Shown: positions 13,036 through 25,631 of the stretch, in pieces
Layout of the letters: each line of letters begins with the position of its first letter
How positions within the stretch are numbered: the first letter of the stretch is position 1
Source of the DNA: the human T2T-CHM13v2.0 reference genome, Homo sapiens
Assembly (NCBI RefSeq): GCF_009914755.1
Contig: NC_060931.1
Reading direction: 5' to 3' (one strand)
Length of the DNA: 64,000 bases
Position numbers and translations under genes: made by a program
Notes under the pieces: generated by a model
What the model was told of the DNA's origin: nothing
Databases searched by the model: none
What the model saw: only the letters and a program-made list of their open reading frames with translations

Positions 13036-16000
13036 GGGAGGGGCTTCAAGATGGCTAACTATAGGCATCTGGCACTCACCTCCTCCACAAAAAAGAACCA
13101 AAATAGCAAGTAGATAATCACATTTCAAATAGATTATCCAACACTAGAATTCAACAGAGAAGTAAGAGGAAACACCTAAAGCAAGGAAGGAGAGAGAATC
13201 AAGGCATGGATTGGCTGGAATCCTGGAGAGGCTATCTCTCCAGCGAAAAGAAAGGTAAGTGAGTGATGGCTAGCAGTCCACATTCCCACCTTGGACTCCT
13301 GTATCCTAGCCACCAGAAAGCCCCTAAACCCTGGCAGACCCTGAGACTAAGACAGGGAGCTGTCTGGAGATCACATGAAGACATTGCTCCATACAGGGAG
13401 CTCATGCTGGGTCCCACACATCCCCTAACCCCCTACCCAGCTACAGCAAGGCACCATATTGAGAGCCCAGCCCCCACCAGACTGCATACTACCTGGGGGC
13501 TCAATAGTCCTTGTATCCCCATAACTCTGGAGCCCCATTGACATTCTCTGCCTGCAGCCACAACTGTGGCTGGCTGTTGCCTCCAGGGATGAAGTATGAA
13601 CCATCAGCAAAGACTGCACTGCCCCCAGGAACAAACCCACCATGCAAGTTCATGCACCCTAAGGACAAAACCCCCCACCTGCAGCAGCTTCCATGGAGGG
13701 CTGCTGCAGCCATGACCAAAGCACAAGTGAAGTGCATGCTCCCCAGCCACCCGTATACAGCTGCTGCCACTGAAAGCAACAATACCCTCCACAGTAGCAG
13801 GGCTGCAGATCCAACAGGCCCAGTTCCACACCTTCCAGTGCCTCAACACACCATCTGGGGGCCTGAGGATAGCCCAGTCCAGTCCACTACTATTGGGAAC
13901 TGAGTACTCATCTCAAGCACCTGAGGTCAGGCCCACTCAAACTGATGCTGCCATCACAGCTGGCACCCACCTATACATGCCACCTGTGAGCCTGGAGACT
14001 GGCCCACCTAGCCTGTTGTAGCCACCTCTATGATGCTTGGAACTGAGGGGTTAGTCTCACCACTGCTACTTCCAATGCTCATGCCATGCCTACTGTTCAG
14101 GGGACTGAGAAGCCCCCAATCCACTTGGCCCACTGCTGCCACCACTGGCTCCTGAGCAAGCCACCTGGAAGCCCAAGAATCAGGCCTCTTGGATCTGCTA
14201 ACACCAGTGCAAGTGTAGAACTCCCTGGGGCCCAAGGCATGGGACAGGCATGCTTGGCCCACCACTGCCACTACTGGGGCCCAAGGTCAGGCCCAACTGG
14301 CATCCCATCTCCAGTGAAACTTCACCACAGCCTCCACTAACAATTACACTCTAAGCTACTGAAGAAATCACGTACACTGCTGACACGGTTTACAGCCAAA
14401 GGAATCATACAAAGACTGCACTACTACACACAGCCAGAATTAAAGCCAAAGTTCTCTACTCAACCAACATCATAGATACTTCTTCAGGAAAAAGTCTTCC
14501 CATGTGAAAGCAAATTTTAAAAATGGAAATAAGTGACTGTTTAACAAGATGCAAAGATATTGACACAAGGACACAATAAACATTTATAAAGCAAGGAAAT
14601 ATGACACTTCCAAATGATTGACTAATTACCCAGCAAGAGACCCCAATCAAAATGAAATTTACGAAGTCTTGGATAAATAATTCAAATTATTGATTCTAAA
14701 GAAGCTCAGTGATATACAAGAGAATACATAAAAATAATACAAAGAAATCAAGAAAACAATTCAGGATATTAATGATAAATTTACCAAAGAGATAGCTATC
14801 ATACAAATTAGCAAAGAGAAATTATGGAATGGAAGAATTCATTTAATGAAATACAAAATACATTTGAAACCTTCAACAGTAGACTAGACCAAGCAAGAAG
14901 AAAAAAGTTCAGAACTAGAAGACAGGTCTTCACAAAAAATGCAGTCTGGCAAAAATAAAGAAAAAAGAATAAACAAAGCCTATGTGGCGAATGGACCACC
15001 ATTAAACAACCAAATATTTGCATTTTCAGGGTCCCCAAAAGCAAAGAGGAAACAAAAGAGTCAGAAAACCTATTTAACAAAATACTAGTGGAAAAATTCC
15101 CAAACGTAGCAATAGACTTAGACACCCAGACACAGGAAGCTCAAAGATTCCCAAACAGATACAATTCAAAAAGATCTCCACAGCACATTAGAGCCAAACT
15201 GTCAAAATCAAAGACAAAAAATTCTAAAAACAGCAAGAGAAAAACATGTAGTCACTTATAAGGAAACCTTCATCAGATGAACAGAAAATATCTCATTAGA
15301 AACCCTACAGGCAAAAAGATAATGGGATAATACAGTCAAAGTCCTAAAAGAAAAAAAAAAAAGCCAACCAAGGATGCTATATTGAGCAAAGGTATGCTTC
15401 ATTAATGAAGGAGAAATAAAGCCTTTCCCACACAAGCAAATGCAGAGGGAATTCCTTATTACTTGACCAGACCTACAGTGAATGCTTAAGGGAGTCTTAC
15501 GCCTGGAAACAAAGAAACAACATCTACCATCATGAAAATGCAAAAGGAAAAAACTCACTGGTAAAGCAAATACACAAATGAGGAAGAGAAAAGACCCAAA
15601 TGTTACCACTACAGAAAACCACCAAACCACAATTATAAATAATAAGAATGTAAGAAAGGACATACAACACAATCTGAAATTAATTAATAAAATGACTGGA
15701 ATAAGTCCTCACATATCAATAGCAACCTTGAATGTACATCAATTAAACTTCCCACTTAAAAAATAGACTAGCTAAATGGATTAAAAATAAATCCATGACC
15801 CAACTATATGTCGCCTATAAGAAACTCTTTTCACCTGTAAAGACACATGTAGACTGAAAAGAAAAAGACATAAAAAATATTCCATGCAAATGGAAATCAA
15901 AAGCAAGCAGGAGTAGCTATACTTATATCAGATAAAACAGACTTTAAGTCAAAAATGGTAAAAAGAGACAAAGAAAGTCATGGTATAATGAAAAAGGAAT

Positions 16001-18979
16001 CAATTCAGCCAGAGGATATAACATTTCTAAACATACACACACCCAAAAGTGAAGCACCCAGATGTATAAAGCAAATATTACTAGACCTAAAGAAGAGAGA
16101 GACTCTAATACAATAATAGTTTGAGACTTCAGCACTCTATCATAGCATCAAACAGAACATCTATACAGAAAATCAACAAAGTTGGATTTAAACTTCACAT
16201 TAGACCAAATGGACCTAATAGACACTTACAGAACATTTTATCCAACAGCTACAGAACACAAATTTTTCTCACCAACACAAAGAACATTTTCCAGCCTAGA
16301 CCATATGTTAGGACACAAAATAAGTCTCAAAAAATTAAAAATCAAAATAATATCAAGTGTCTTCTCAGATCACAGTAAAATAAAACTAGAAATCAATAAC
16401 AAGAGGAAATTTGGAAACTGAACAAATACACGGAAATTAAACATGTTCCTGATTTACCATTGGATTAAGAAAGAAATTAAGGAGAAAATAAAAATATTTT
16501 TAAGGCAAATGAAAATCTAAACATATCAAATGCTATGGAATACTGCAAAAGCAGTGCTAAAAGGGAAATTTTAGCAATAAATGTGTACATCCAAAAAGTA
16601 GAAAAATTCCAAATAAACAATCTAACACTGTACCTCAATGAAAAAGAAAGCAATATCAAACCAAACTGAAATTGGTAAAAAAACAAAATAATGAAGATCA
16701 GAGCAGAATTAAATGAAATAGAGACTAACAAAACAATGCAATGGAGCAATGAAATGAGAAAAGTTGTTTTTTTGAAAAGACAAACAAAATAAATAAATTG
16801 CTAGCTAGACTAACAAGGAAAAAAAAGAGAAGATCCAAATAAACAACATCAGAAGTGAAAAGGGAGATATTACAACTGATACCACAGAAACACAAAAGGT
16901 CATCAGAGACTATTATGAACAACTATGTACTAACAAACTGGAAAACTTAGAGGAAATGGATAAGTTCCTGGACACATACAACTTACCAAAATTGAATCAT
17001 GAGGAAATTGAAAACCTGGACAGACCAATAATGAGTAATGAGTTTGAATCAGTAATACAAATTCTCCTGAAAAAGAGAAGTCTAGGACCAGATGGCTTCA
17101 CTATCAAATTCCTCCAAACTTTCAAAGAAGGACTAACATCAGTTCTCCTCAAACTATTCCAAAAAATTGAGGGGCAATTTCTCCTTCTCCCTAACTAATT
17201 TTACATTGCCAGCATTTCCCTGATACCAAAACTGGACAAGGATGCAACAACAATAAATCAAAATTACAGGCCACTATCCTTGATCACACTACATAAATTC
17301 AAAATATGTTACAAGGCTATAGTAACCAAAACACTATATATTATTTTATGGTATTAGTATAAAATAGTATTTTATGGTATTAGTATAAAATAGTATTTTT
17401 AGTATACTTTTATACTAATAGTATATTTTTATACTATTAGTATAAAAAATAGTATTTTCTGGTATTAGTATAAAAACAGACACACAGTCCAATGGAATAG
17501 AATAAGAAACCCATAAATAAATCCACGTATTTGCAGCTAACTGATTTTTGACAAAGGCACCAAAAACTTACAGAAAGGACCCCTTCTTCAAGAAATAACT
17601 CTGGGAAAATTGAATATCCATATATAGAAGAATAAAACTAGACATCCATCTCTCATCATATACAAAAATCAACTCAAAATCTATTACGGACTTAAACATA
17701 ATACTCAAAACTATAAAACTACAAGAGAATAAAACACTTCAGGAAATTGGTCTAGGCAAAGATTTTATGGCTAACACCTCAAAAACACAGGCAATAAAAA
17801 CAAAAATAGACAAATGGGACTATATTAAACTAAAAATCTTCTGCACAGGAAACAATCAACAGAGTAAAGAGACAACCTGTTAAACAGGAGAAATATCTGC
17901 AAAATATTCATCTGACAAGGGACTAATACCCAAAATGTACAGGAAACTCAAACAACTTGGTAAAAATAACAAATAATCCCATTAAAAAGTGGGCAAAGAT
18001 ATAGACATTTCTCAAATGAAGACATATAATGGACAATGGGTACATGAAAAAAATGCTCATTATCACTAATCATCAGGGAAATGAAAATCAAAAGCAAAAT
18101 GAGATATCATCTTACCCCAGTAAGAATGGCTGCTATGGTTAAAAAAAAAAAAAAGATGCACTGGTGAGGATGTAGAGAAAAGGGAACACTTCTACAACGT
18201 TGGTGGGAATGTAAATTGGTACAGTCACTATGGAAAACAGTGTGCGGATTTCTCAAAAAAAAAATTCTAAAAGTAGAACTACCATGCAATCCAGCAATCT
18301 CACTACTGGGTATTTATTAAAAAAGAAAGAAAGAAAGAAAGAAATCAGTGTATCAAAGAGATATCTGCACCCTCATTTTTATTGCAGTACTATTCACAAT
18401 AGCTAAGATATAGAATCAAGCTAAGTGTCCACCAGTGGATGAATGGATAAGGAAAACTTGGTATACAACCATAATGGAATACTATTCGGCCATAAAAAAG
18501 AATGAAATCATGTCATTTGCAGCAACATGGATAGAATTGGAAGTTATTACATTAAGTGAAATAATCCAAGCATGGAAAGACAAACAGCACATGTTCTCAC
18601 TCACATGTGAGAGCTAAAATTTGATCTTATGCAGTCAGAGAGTAGAATGATAGATACTGGAGGCTGGGATGTGTGTGGGGGTATAGGGGGTTGGTGATAA
18701 AGAGGGATTGGTTAATGGGTACGAACATACAGTTAGATAGAAGGATTAAAGTCTAATGTTCAGTAGCAGAATAGGGTGACTACAGTTAACAAGAATGTAT
18801 TGTGCATTTCAAAATAGCTAGAAGAGAGGACTTGAAATGTTCCCAACACATAGAAATGATAAATAATGCGGGTAATGGACACCCCAAAAACCCTGACTTG
18901 ATCATTACATAGTCTATGCGTGTAACAAAATATCACATGTACCCTATAAATATATACAATATTTGTACCAATTAAAAAA
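13036..18979 (+). mobile_element. Old L1 (L1MA4-like) with 5'UTR, decayed ORF1 and ORF2, and 3'UTR; internal RT deletion; antisense to PDE1C
   Basis: 5' gggaggggcttcaagatggc. ORF2 remnants (TGISPHISIATLNV; LDQMDLIDTYRTFYP; MDKFLDTYNLPKLN; MDEWIRKTWY…MEYYSAIKKNEIMSFAATW). L1MA-type 3'UTR ending in an A-run. Many stops and frameshifts. Confidence 0.9.
17335..17476. repeat. AT-rich direct and inverted micro-repeat expansion inside L1 ORF2
   Basis: 26-mer tattttatggtattagtataaaatag occurs twice, plus inverted tttatactaata and a TTTTTATACTA-T-TAGTATAAAAA hairpin. Confidence 0.85.
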
Positions 18980-19740
18980 CAGATACCTCTCCAAATACAC
19001 AGTCCCTAGGAGAAAATAAAGAACCACATCTCCGGAGAAATCAATATGTGGTACAGAAAAAGACTTGTGTTTTCCAGAGGCTCATCCCTTTGATGAGGGA
19101 AGTCAGAGGAGCTTGATACCATAGATGTTGGCAGATGACTACATCAACTCCCTGAGGATCTGACCCCACCTCGAGAGTCTACAGTATTAGAAGGCTGTAG
19201 GGAGTTGAACACTGGAAATGATTCAAGTTCTTTATGTAAAGTTGAAGAATCAATTTGAAGCATGAATGGCTGGAAAATACCAATGACCTGTCACAGATGA
19301 TAAGTGATAGTATTTGTCTGAATGAGCCAAGTGGTGGGAAAAAAAAAAGTTTACAGAGACAGCAGATGTTCACTCTGTCTCCACTACTGCCCCTCTGACA
19401 GCGTTGGTCAATAGGACACAAAGTCATGTGGAAATGAGACCTTTGGGCAGAGCCTGAAAGGGAGCTTGGTTATTACAGGCTTTGGGTTGTACTTCCAGGA
19501 AGACCAGAATCTAAATGGGTCTCTCCTGTCTCTCCCATGCCGCTGAGACCCACCAGCAAGGGCGCAATCAAAATCACCCTCCACAGAGGAATTCACAGCA
19601 GTGGCTATCCGAAGGATGCTTCCTCAGTCGCCTGGAGCAGTTTTCATTCCGCATATTAAAATAGTCTGAACCCAAAAGTCATATGAGGATAAACATATGC
19701 ATGTAGTTTATTTATTTTTTCTTTTTAAAGAGGTACTGAC

Positions 19741-19857
19741 CTTGAAACGGCTGATCAGATCATAACGTGTGAGTAGTTCATAGAAAATAAATTTCAGTGC
19801 ATGATCCCCACTGGCCTCATTGAGGGAAAAGACGTCAAAGGACCACTTGTCCACATC
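19741..19857 (-). CDS. PDE1C: PDE1C coding exon, 117 bp, phase 0/0: DVDKWSFDVFSLNEASGDHALKFIFYELLTRYDLISRFK
   Basis: Hand translation. Acceptor ccctgtcctgcag|GATGTG and donor TTCAAG|gtcagt. W-x-FDVF motif typical of the start of PDE catalytic domains. Confidence 0.95.
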
Positions 19858-20074
19858 CTGCAGGACAGGGTGGGGAGAAAGAACACATTAGCCCACAGAC
19901 ACTTACACACCTACCAGTCTCCTCACTTTCAAGTCCGCCTGCAGCCCTCACTGGAGATTTCACAGTGTGACACTCAAACAGACTTTCCACTCTCAAACTT
20001 TTTCCAATCTGGCTAGTCTACATAGTATCTACTGTTAAAAAAATTAAATAGTCTTATTACTAATACAAATAGCC

Positions 20075-20310
20075 ATAATTTATTGAGTACCTACTGTATG
20101 ACAGGCATTATGGTTGGTGATAAATATGTAAATTATCCTGAAAACAACTCTAAGTGATAGATATTAGTCGCATTTTATGGATAAGAAAACTGATAAATTA
20201 CCTAATTTCCCTAACACCCAAGGTGCGTAAGTGCTAGAGATACAGGCAGGGCCAGAACACAAACATAGGTTGGATGCCTAAGATCAGTTGCTTTCCATTA
20301 AGCCCTGCAG
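20075..20310 (-). mobile_element. MIR SINE (with L2-type tail)
   Basis: tttattgagtacctactgtatgacaggca…cattttatggataagaaaactga…ccaaggt. Confidence 0.6.
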
Positions 20311-21229
20311 CTGCTACTGTTTAATTCACTACAGCCTACGATGCTTCTCTTCTCTGAACTTCTCTGCAATCCCTTGACACTATCCAATGACTTCCTCTAA
20401 GTTTACAGTTAAGAATGTTAACTCATTTAGAAGTGTTCAGAAACATGCATGATGTAGAACACAAAACAATATGCCACATCAATCGAAACTGCTGAGCTGA
20501 AACCAAAAAGAAAGCATTCATTTCATATGACAGAAAAATGCTACCATTTCTGGAGTCACTAGTCTGGGATCTTGTCCTCAAATCTGTTAGTCACTTTACT
20601 GAAAAAAAGTAAAAGGAAAAACTAAACTGAACACACACCTTATATACCATCCCTGAAGTTCAAAGTCTTTGCCTGTAAATAGCTACTCCAAAATATATGT
20701 AAATACAGTCTGTTGAGCTTTGGCTTATCATAACCAACTTCTTGTGGATGTAGTAAACAAAGATTTATTTAAGCAATGGTTAAAGCAACAGTCATTTGGC
20801 TTTTCACAGCACCAAAATCTCACTTCCCGTGGTTAGGTGAAGCATATTCACTTGAGCTTGACAGCAAGGATTCACATGAGACCACACTGCCTACAGGCAA
20901 GGTGTCAGATGGTACACTGGCAGAGACCTTGGTTCTCATGAGTGACTCTCACCCCAGCCCTCACTGAATTCCAACATAATCCATCCATCCTAATTTTGTT
21001 CCTGACCAAACATTCCAACTGTCAAATTCATCCCAAGGCCATCAAGGGTCTCCCTCCTGGATGCTAATAAACTGTTTTCAGGGAAAATAGAATTGCATAT
21101 AGGAAAATCAGACTTTTCCAGAGGGGTTTAAATTGAATTGTTCCAATTCACACTTAGTGGTAACCTCACTTAAGTCTTCAATAACTGCCCCTCCATTAAA
21201 ATAACCAAAGAAATAGTGACAGGCACATT

Positions 21230-21395
21230 TCTGTGAGCACATTTTCTGTGCTAGGCACAGTGTGAGTGTTTACACGCATTTGCAAAACCTCGCAAGTCTA
21301 GAGATAGGTGTTACTTTCTCCAGTTTTATAGATGGCAACCTCAGAGAGATTAATTGAAATGTCTAGTGCCATAAGGTAGCAGAGCCAGGTAATAA
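21230..21395 (-). mobile_element. MIR SINE
   Basis: tgtgctaggcacagtg…gataggtgttact…ttttatagatgg…gtagcagagccagg. Confidence 0.55.
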
Positions 21396-22240
21396 CCTCA
21401 CCAATGACCCTTAATGATCTCACTGCCAACAGATGAAATTGTAAATGCCATGAATATGTGCTGTGACCCAGGCCTCATCCCTTTAATATCCCACTAGGGC
21501 GCAGGCTATAGACAGCAAGGACACTTAAGATTAACCTAAGACCTAAAGCTTTACCTTGGTTACTATCATTGGCACTGCCATGAGTCACATACATTGTCTT
21601 ATCTTTAGTCCTAAGGAAAAAGTCACTGACAACTGAGTAGGCTGGAAAATGCTGTGTCACTTCTGACAATTTTTAATCCTAGTGTCCAGAAAGGAAAGGG
21701 CTCTCTATCACTAGAAATAAAGAGATTATCATGATAAAAAGCCAAGATTTATTCTGAATATCAGGACTTAGAGAACAAAGAGGATGAGCAAATAGAGACA
21801 GTGAGACGGATGTCCTCTTTGGTCCCTCATGTTAGGGAAGGCTTAGCTGTAATTCTCAGTCTAATGTTCTTCAGAACCAGTTGAGGGGCTTGGCCAAAAT
21901 ATGGACCCTCCAGTGGGGACTCCAGAGAATCCTGCTGTGGGGCCTGGAATCCGCATTTTTAACAAGTACCCAGTTTAACTGCCTTCAACCATTCTTCCTC
22001 ATTCACCAAATTTTGCCCAAGGACACTTCCTGTAGAGAAATTGCAGGAACTTCCTGTTAGTCTAACACAAAGGAAGCGTGAACCTCCTCATCTCCTCCCA
22101 CTTTAAGCCTGGAGTCTTTCCAAGGTGTCACTTCCTGAGTCACAAAACAGATGCCCTTCTAAAGAAGAGCACACAGCTACATTTCCATTAGGCTAATCTC
22201 AGAAGACAAGAGGTAGAACACCTCAAGTTAGAAGCTTACA

Positions 22241-22242
<2 letters not shown>

Positions 22243-22282
<40 letters not shown>
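22243..22282. repeat. (TA)20 microsatellite
   Basis: Read directly from the sequence. Confidence 0.97.
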
Positions 22283-22287
<5 letters not shown>

Positions 22288-22900
22288 AATGGAAAAAGTA
22301 AAATAACATAATGCAACATGTTTCAAATTTAGAGACTGATTCATTACTATCTTACTTAAATATCATTTTATGTCATGTTCTTACGTTAACCACAAAGGTT
22401 AACATGACAGTAGCATAAGGGTTATTTTAGGGAATTGTATTCTCTCAGTCTTTAGGGAAAATTTCTGTAATAAAAGAAAGCAGTAATGATTCCATATGAA
22501 CTTCTGGCAATGAAGTGGAAATAATCTTTTTTCTAACATGTAGTACATAAAGAAAGAAACAAAAGAGTCTATATCTGTGATCGCTCCAACTCATTGCAAA
22601 CAAAATCAGCCTCTGGAGAAGTGGAAAAAACATTACATTGTAAAAAGCTTTGAACTTCCCCAGTAAACAGGGGACATAGCCAAGAGAAATAGCAGCTTCA
22701 GCTTTAATGCACATATCAACAATATATGTGAGGAGAAGTAGCAATTTATTTAGAGAGCTAGTAGGTCTTCCTTATCTGAATAATCTAAGTACCTGTCCCC
22801 TCAGACAACATGTGTGCATCTGAGATTTTCTTTTCTCTAAGTATAAAATAACAATTCATGCACATCACAGTTTGTTCCAATTCTTTCTCAGTTATTCTGC

Positions 22901-22946
22901 ATAGAAAAGAGGCTTCAATTTGGATAGAAAAGAGGCTTCAATTTGG
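22901..22946. repeat. Perfect 23-bp tandem duplication
   Basis: atagaaaagaggcttcaatttgg occurs twice. Confidence 0.95.
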
Positions 22947-24422
22947 AAGAAACATTTTCGTAAATGTCTTGGTACCAGTATACCCTCTTGTATTTATGTT
23001 CCCGATAAAGGAAAAAATTAAAGACAATAATGATGCTTTTAATGTTTCTAAGAGTTTGATTGAACATTCAGGTTCAATTATGAAAATTAATACAACTTCA
23101 TAGTGGATGTTAAGAAATATCAGATTTCCTGAAGTGATTTCACTGATTAAAATGGGAAATATCACTGTACATTACACTGAAGTATTGGGCATCAGATTAG
23201 GGGTTAAAGAGGAATGGGAGAAAAGATACATCTTCTTGCTGGGTCCTTCCTGAGTATCCTTCCTGCTTTTAAGATTAGGTAAGAAGAGACGGAAAGGGTA
23301 GAGACAAACAAAGGAGAAATGAGAATCTGTGTATATATGGTCTCTCAAATTCAGCTAGTAAATGTCTCTGAGACAAGAGAAAGGCCTATGAATACATAAT
23401 CAAGATTGTCCCAAGGGGCTCTTTCTTGACATTAAATTAATCAAGAAGCACTCCCCACCCCCTAACTCCATGAATAGGTAATTTAGCTTCTGAAAATATC
23501 ACCTTTTTCAGGTTTTGGAGAAAGAAAACAATGGCTTTAGCAAAGGTCAAAATGCTACAATGTCCCTAAGCACATGGCCCAAGTCCATACATAGACAACA
23601 TGTGATGTCAACAAACTCAGTGATCTTGGGCTACAGGATCAGCAACACATTGGAATCCAGAAGCCAAATCAAGTTTAGCAAATCTCAAATACCCTCAGAC
23701 CAATGCCTTCAGGAATGCATCTGCTTTGGGGCTGCTGGAGATATTCTATACAATTCCAAGAACTTGCCTGACTAGAGGTAATTCTGCAGGATTTAGCCCA
23801 TTTAAACTCAAGCATTTGTATGACTTCCATGGGAACATTTGGCTCAGTGAGAGTCTTTGGAAAACAATGGGCTATATAGATGGGACAAAGGCTCTCAGGC
23901 CATACGTTCATGCAGTAAAACATTACTAAGAGCTTACCATGTGCTGAAAACTCTGATATCAAACATTAGCTCTGTCTCTAATTAACTCTTTTTTTTTAAA
24001 TCTTGCTGAGTCTCGGTTTCTTCATCTATAAAATGGACTTGGAGTAGGTAATCAGATAATGGGACAATTGCAAATACTGAAGATCCTCCTAATGCTGAAT
24101 ACTTACAGCCATAACATATTTGATCTCGTATGGCAAAATCAGATAACTCTCATAATGACAGATCACTGTATAAAATCTAAACTACTCTAGAGTACTAGAA
24201 AGAAATGAAACCCACACAGAGTTTGATTGTTTTTAAATTGGGAAGATGAAGGGTGAAAAGACAGTGATACTGTTAGAACAAATAATAAAAAGATAATGAA
24301 AGAATAAAGTCAGGAATAACTGGAAAAGTAACTGTAAATGAAAGCCTCTTATTTTCTAACAAATTTAACTCTACTTTTTATTAGGTACCATGTACATTGT
24401 AAAATCTTTTCACTCGTATTAC

Positions 24423-24489
24423 CTTTAATGCCTCAATAACAGCTGGTGGATAGCTCAGTCCAACCATGTTTGATGTCCGTCTATACATT
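24423..24489 (-). CDS. PDE1C: PDE1C coding exon, 67 bp, phase 2/0: (R)MYRRTSNMVGLSYPPAVIEALK
   Basis: Hand translation. Acceptor ggcttttcag|AATGTAT and donor TTAAAG|gtaata. Frame is continuous with the neighbouring exons. Confidence 0.95.
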
Positions 24490-25448
24490 CTGAAAAGCCA
24501 AAAGGGAAAAATGCAACATGATATCTTATAAAGTAGGATTTGTAATCCACAGACTCATACCAAGTATTGACAAATAATAAGAAGTCAAGTGGGGTGATCC
24601 AAAGAACCTAAAATTCATTTTTTGACATTTTTAATATTCACTCAGGTGGTCTAAGTGTTAAATTCAAAAGAAATTAAAGCAATCCCAAACATATGAACCA
24701 TGGGGGAAAAAAAACCTAACTCTATAGGCCCCAGACTGGAAATTGAATTATTAAATGGGTCACTTCTTCTGCCAGAGTGAATTATAGTACAGAATAGACA
24801 GTAAGCAGAGTAGTAATTTAGCCTGAATGAAGAACTCCTATGGGTAACCCATTTAGAATAGCTTGTTCTTTAGAACTGTCAAAAACAAGAAGGAAAAATG
24901 TCCCAGGTAATCTTTAAACTTACCGTGGTGTTTCTAAAATGTATAATTACACTATAAGGATTATAGGAAGAATATATCTATTTCTGGAATCTATTGCTGG
25001 GTAAGGAGGTCAATTTGATTTCAAAGAGTAAAATAGCTAATAAAACTGAAGTGTCTTGGGGACTTCAAACCACTGAAATGAACTGTCTTCCCTGGGCCAG
25101 CAACCTCAAAGCATCCCAGATCTGTTTCAAATGGAGACATCATCCACCTATTTCAAAAGATGATAGATGAGATGATTTCCTGCTTTAAAAATTAGAGACT
25201 GAACTCAAACTAAATCTTCTCTGGTAAACAAAAAAATTCTGAGCAAAAGCAAAAGCTTTTCCTAATGATGCTACAGAGATTAAAATAGATATGTTTTTGC
25301 CATTTCTCATTCAAGACTATCTGTTTCTACCCACAATTTTCAGTATTTATAAAGATAGGAAAACTACATTAAAGCAAAGCTTCCAGTTATTGGAAACGTG
25401 TTGCTTTGGCTGCTTTAGTCACTAAATGACAATGAATGACATCTTTAC

Positions 25449-25631
25449 CTCTCCACAAATATCCCAGCCTGCACTGCGTGAACGATGCTCTTGAACCGGG
25501 GCTTCTCGTCGCTCCTCCTGAGCATCATCCCCATCTGCCGCGTGAAGGTGGAGGCCAGCCAGTCTCGGACCTCAGAAGGCACAGCATCTGACTGAATGTC
25601 ACTGAGCTCATCCTCTGTATCCAGGAGTCTC
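25449..25631 (-). CDS. PDE1C: PDE1C coding exon, 183 bp, phase 2/2: RLLDTEDELSDIQSDAVPSEVRDWLASTFTRQMGMMLRRSDEKPRFKSIVHAVQAGIFVE(R); PDE1 N-terminal domain and second CaM-binding site
   Basis: Acceptor ttcttgtgttcag|GAGACTC and donor GGAGAG|gtaaag. ORF track 25445..25657. Locally CpG-rich. Confidence 0.97.

Noticed and set aside
13232-18617. Cluster of ORFs including endonuclease-like peptides
   Set aside because: Fragments of a decayed L1 with stops and frameshifts and no RT core. Not a functional gene.
13017-18992. TSD for the long L1 (aaagacatatttcctc vs aaacagatacctctcc)
   Set aside because: The similarity is too degraded to call.
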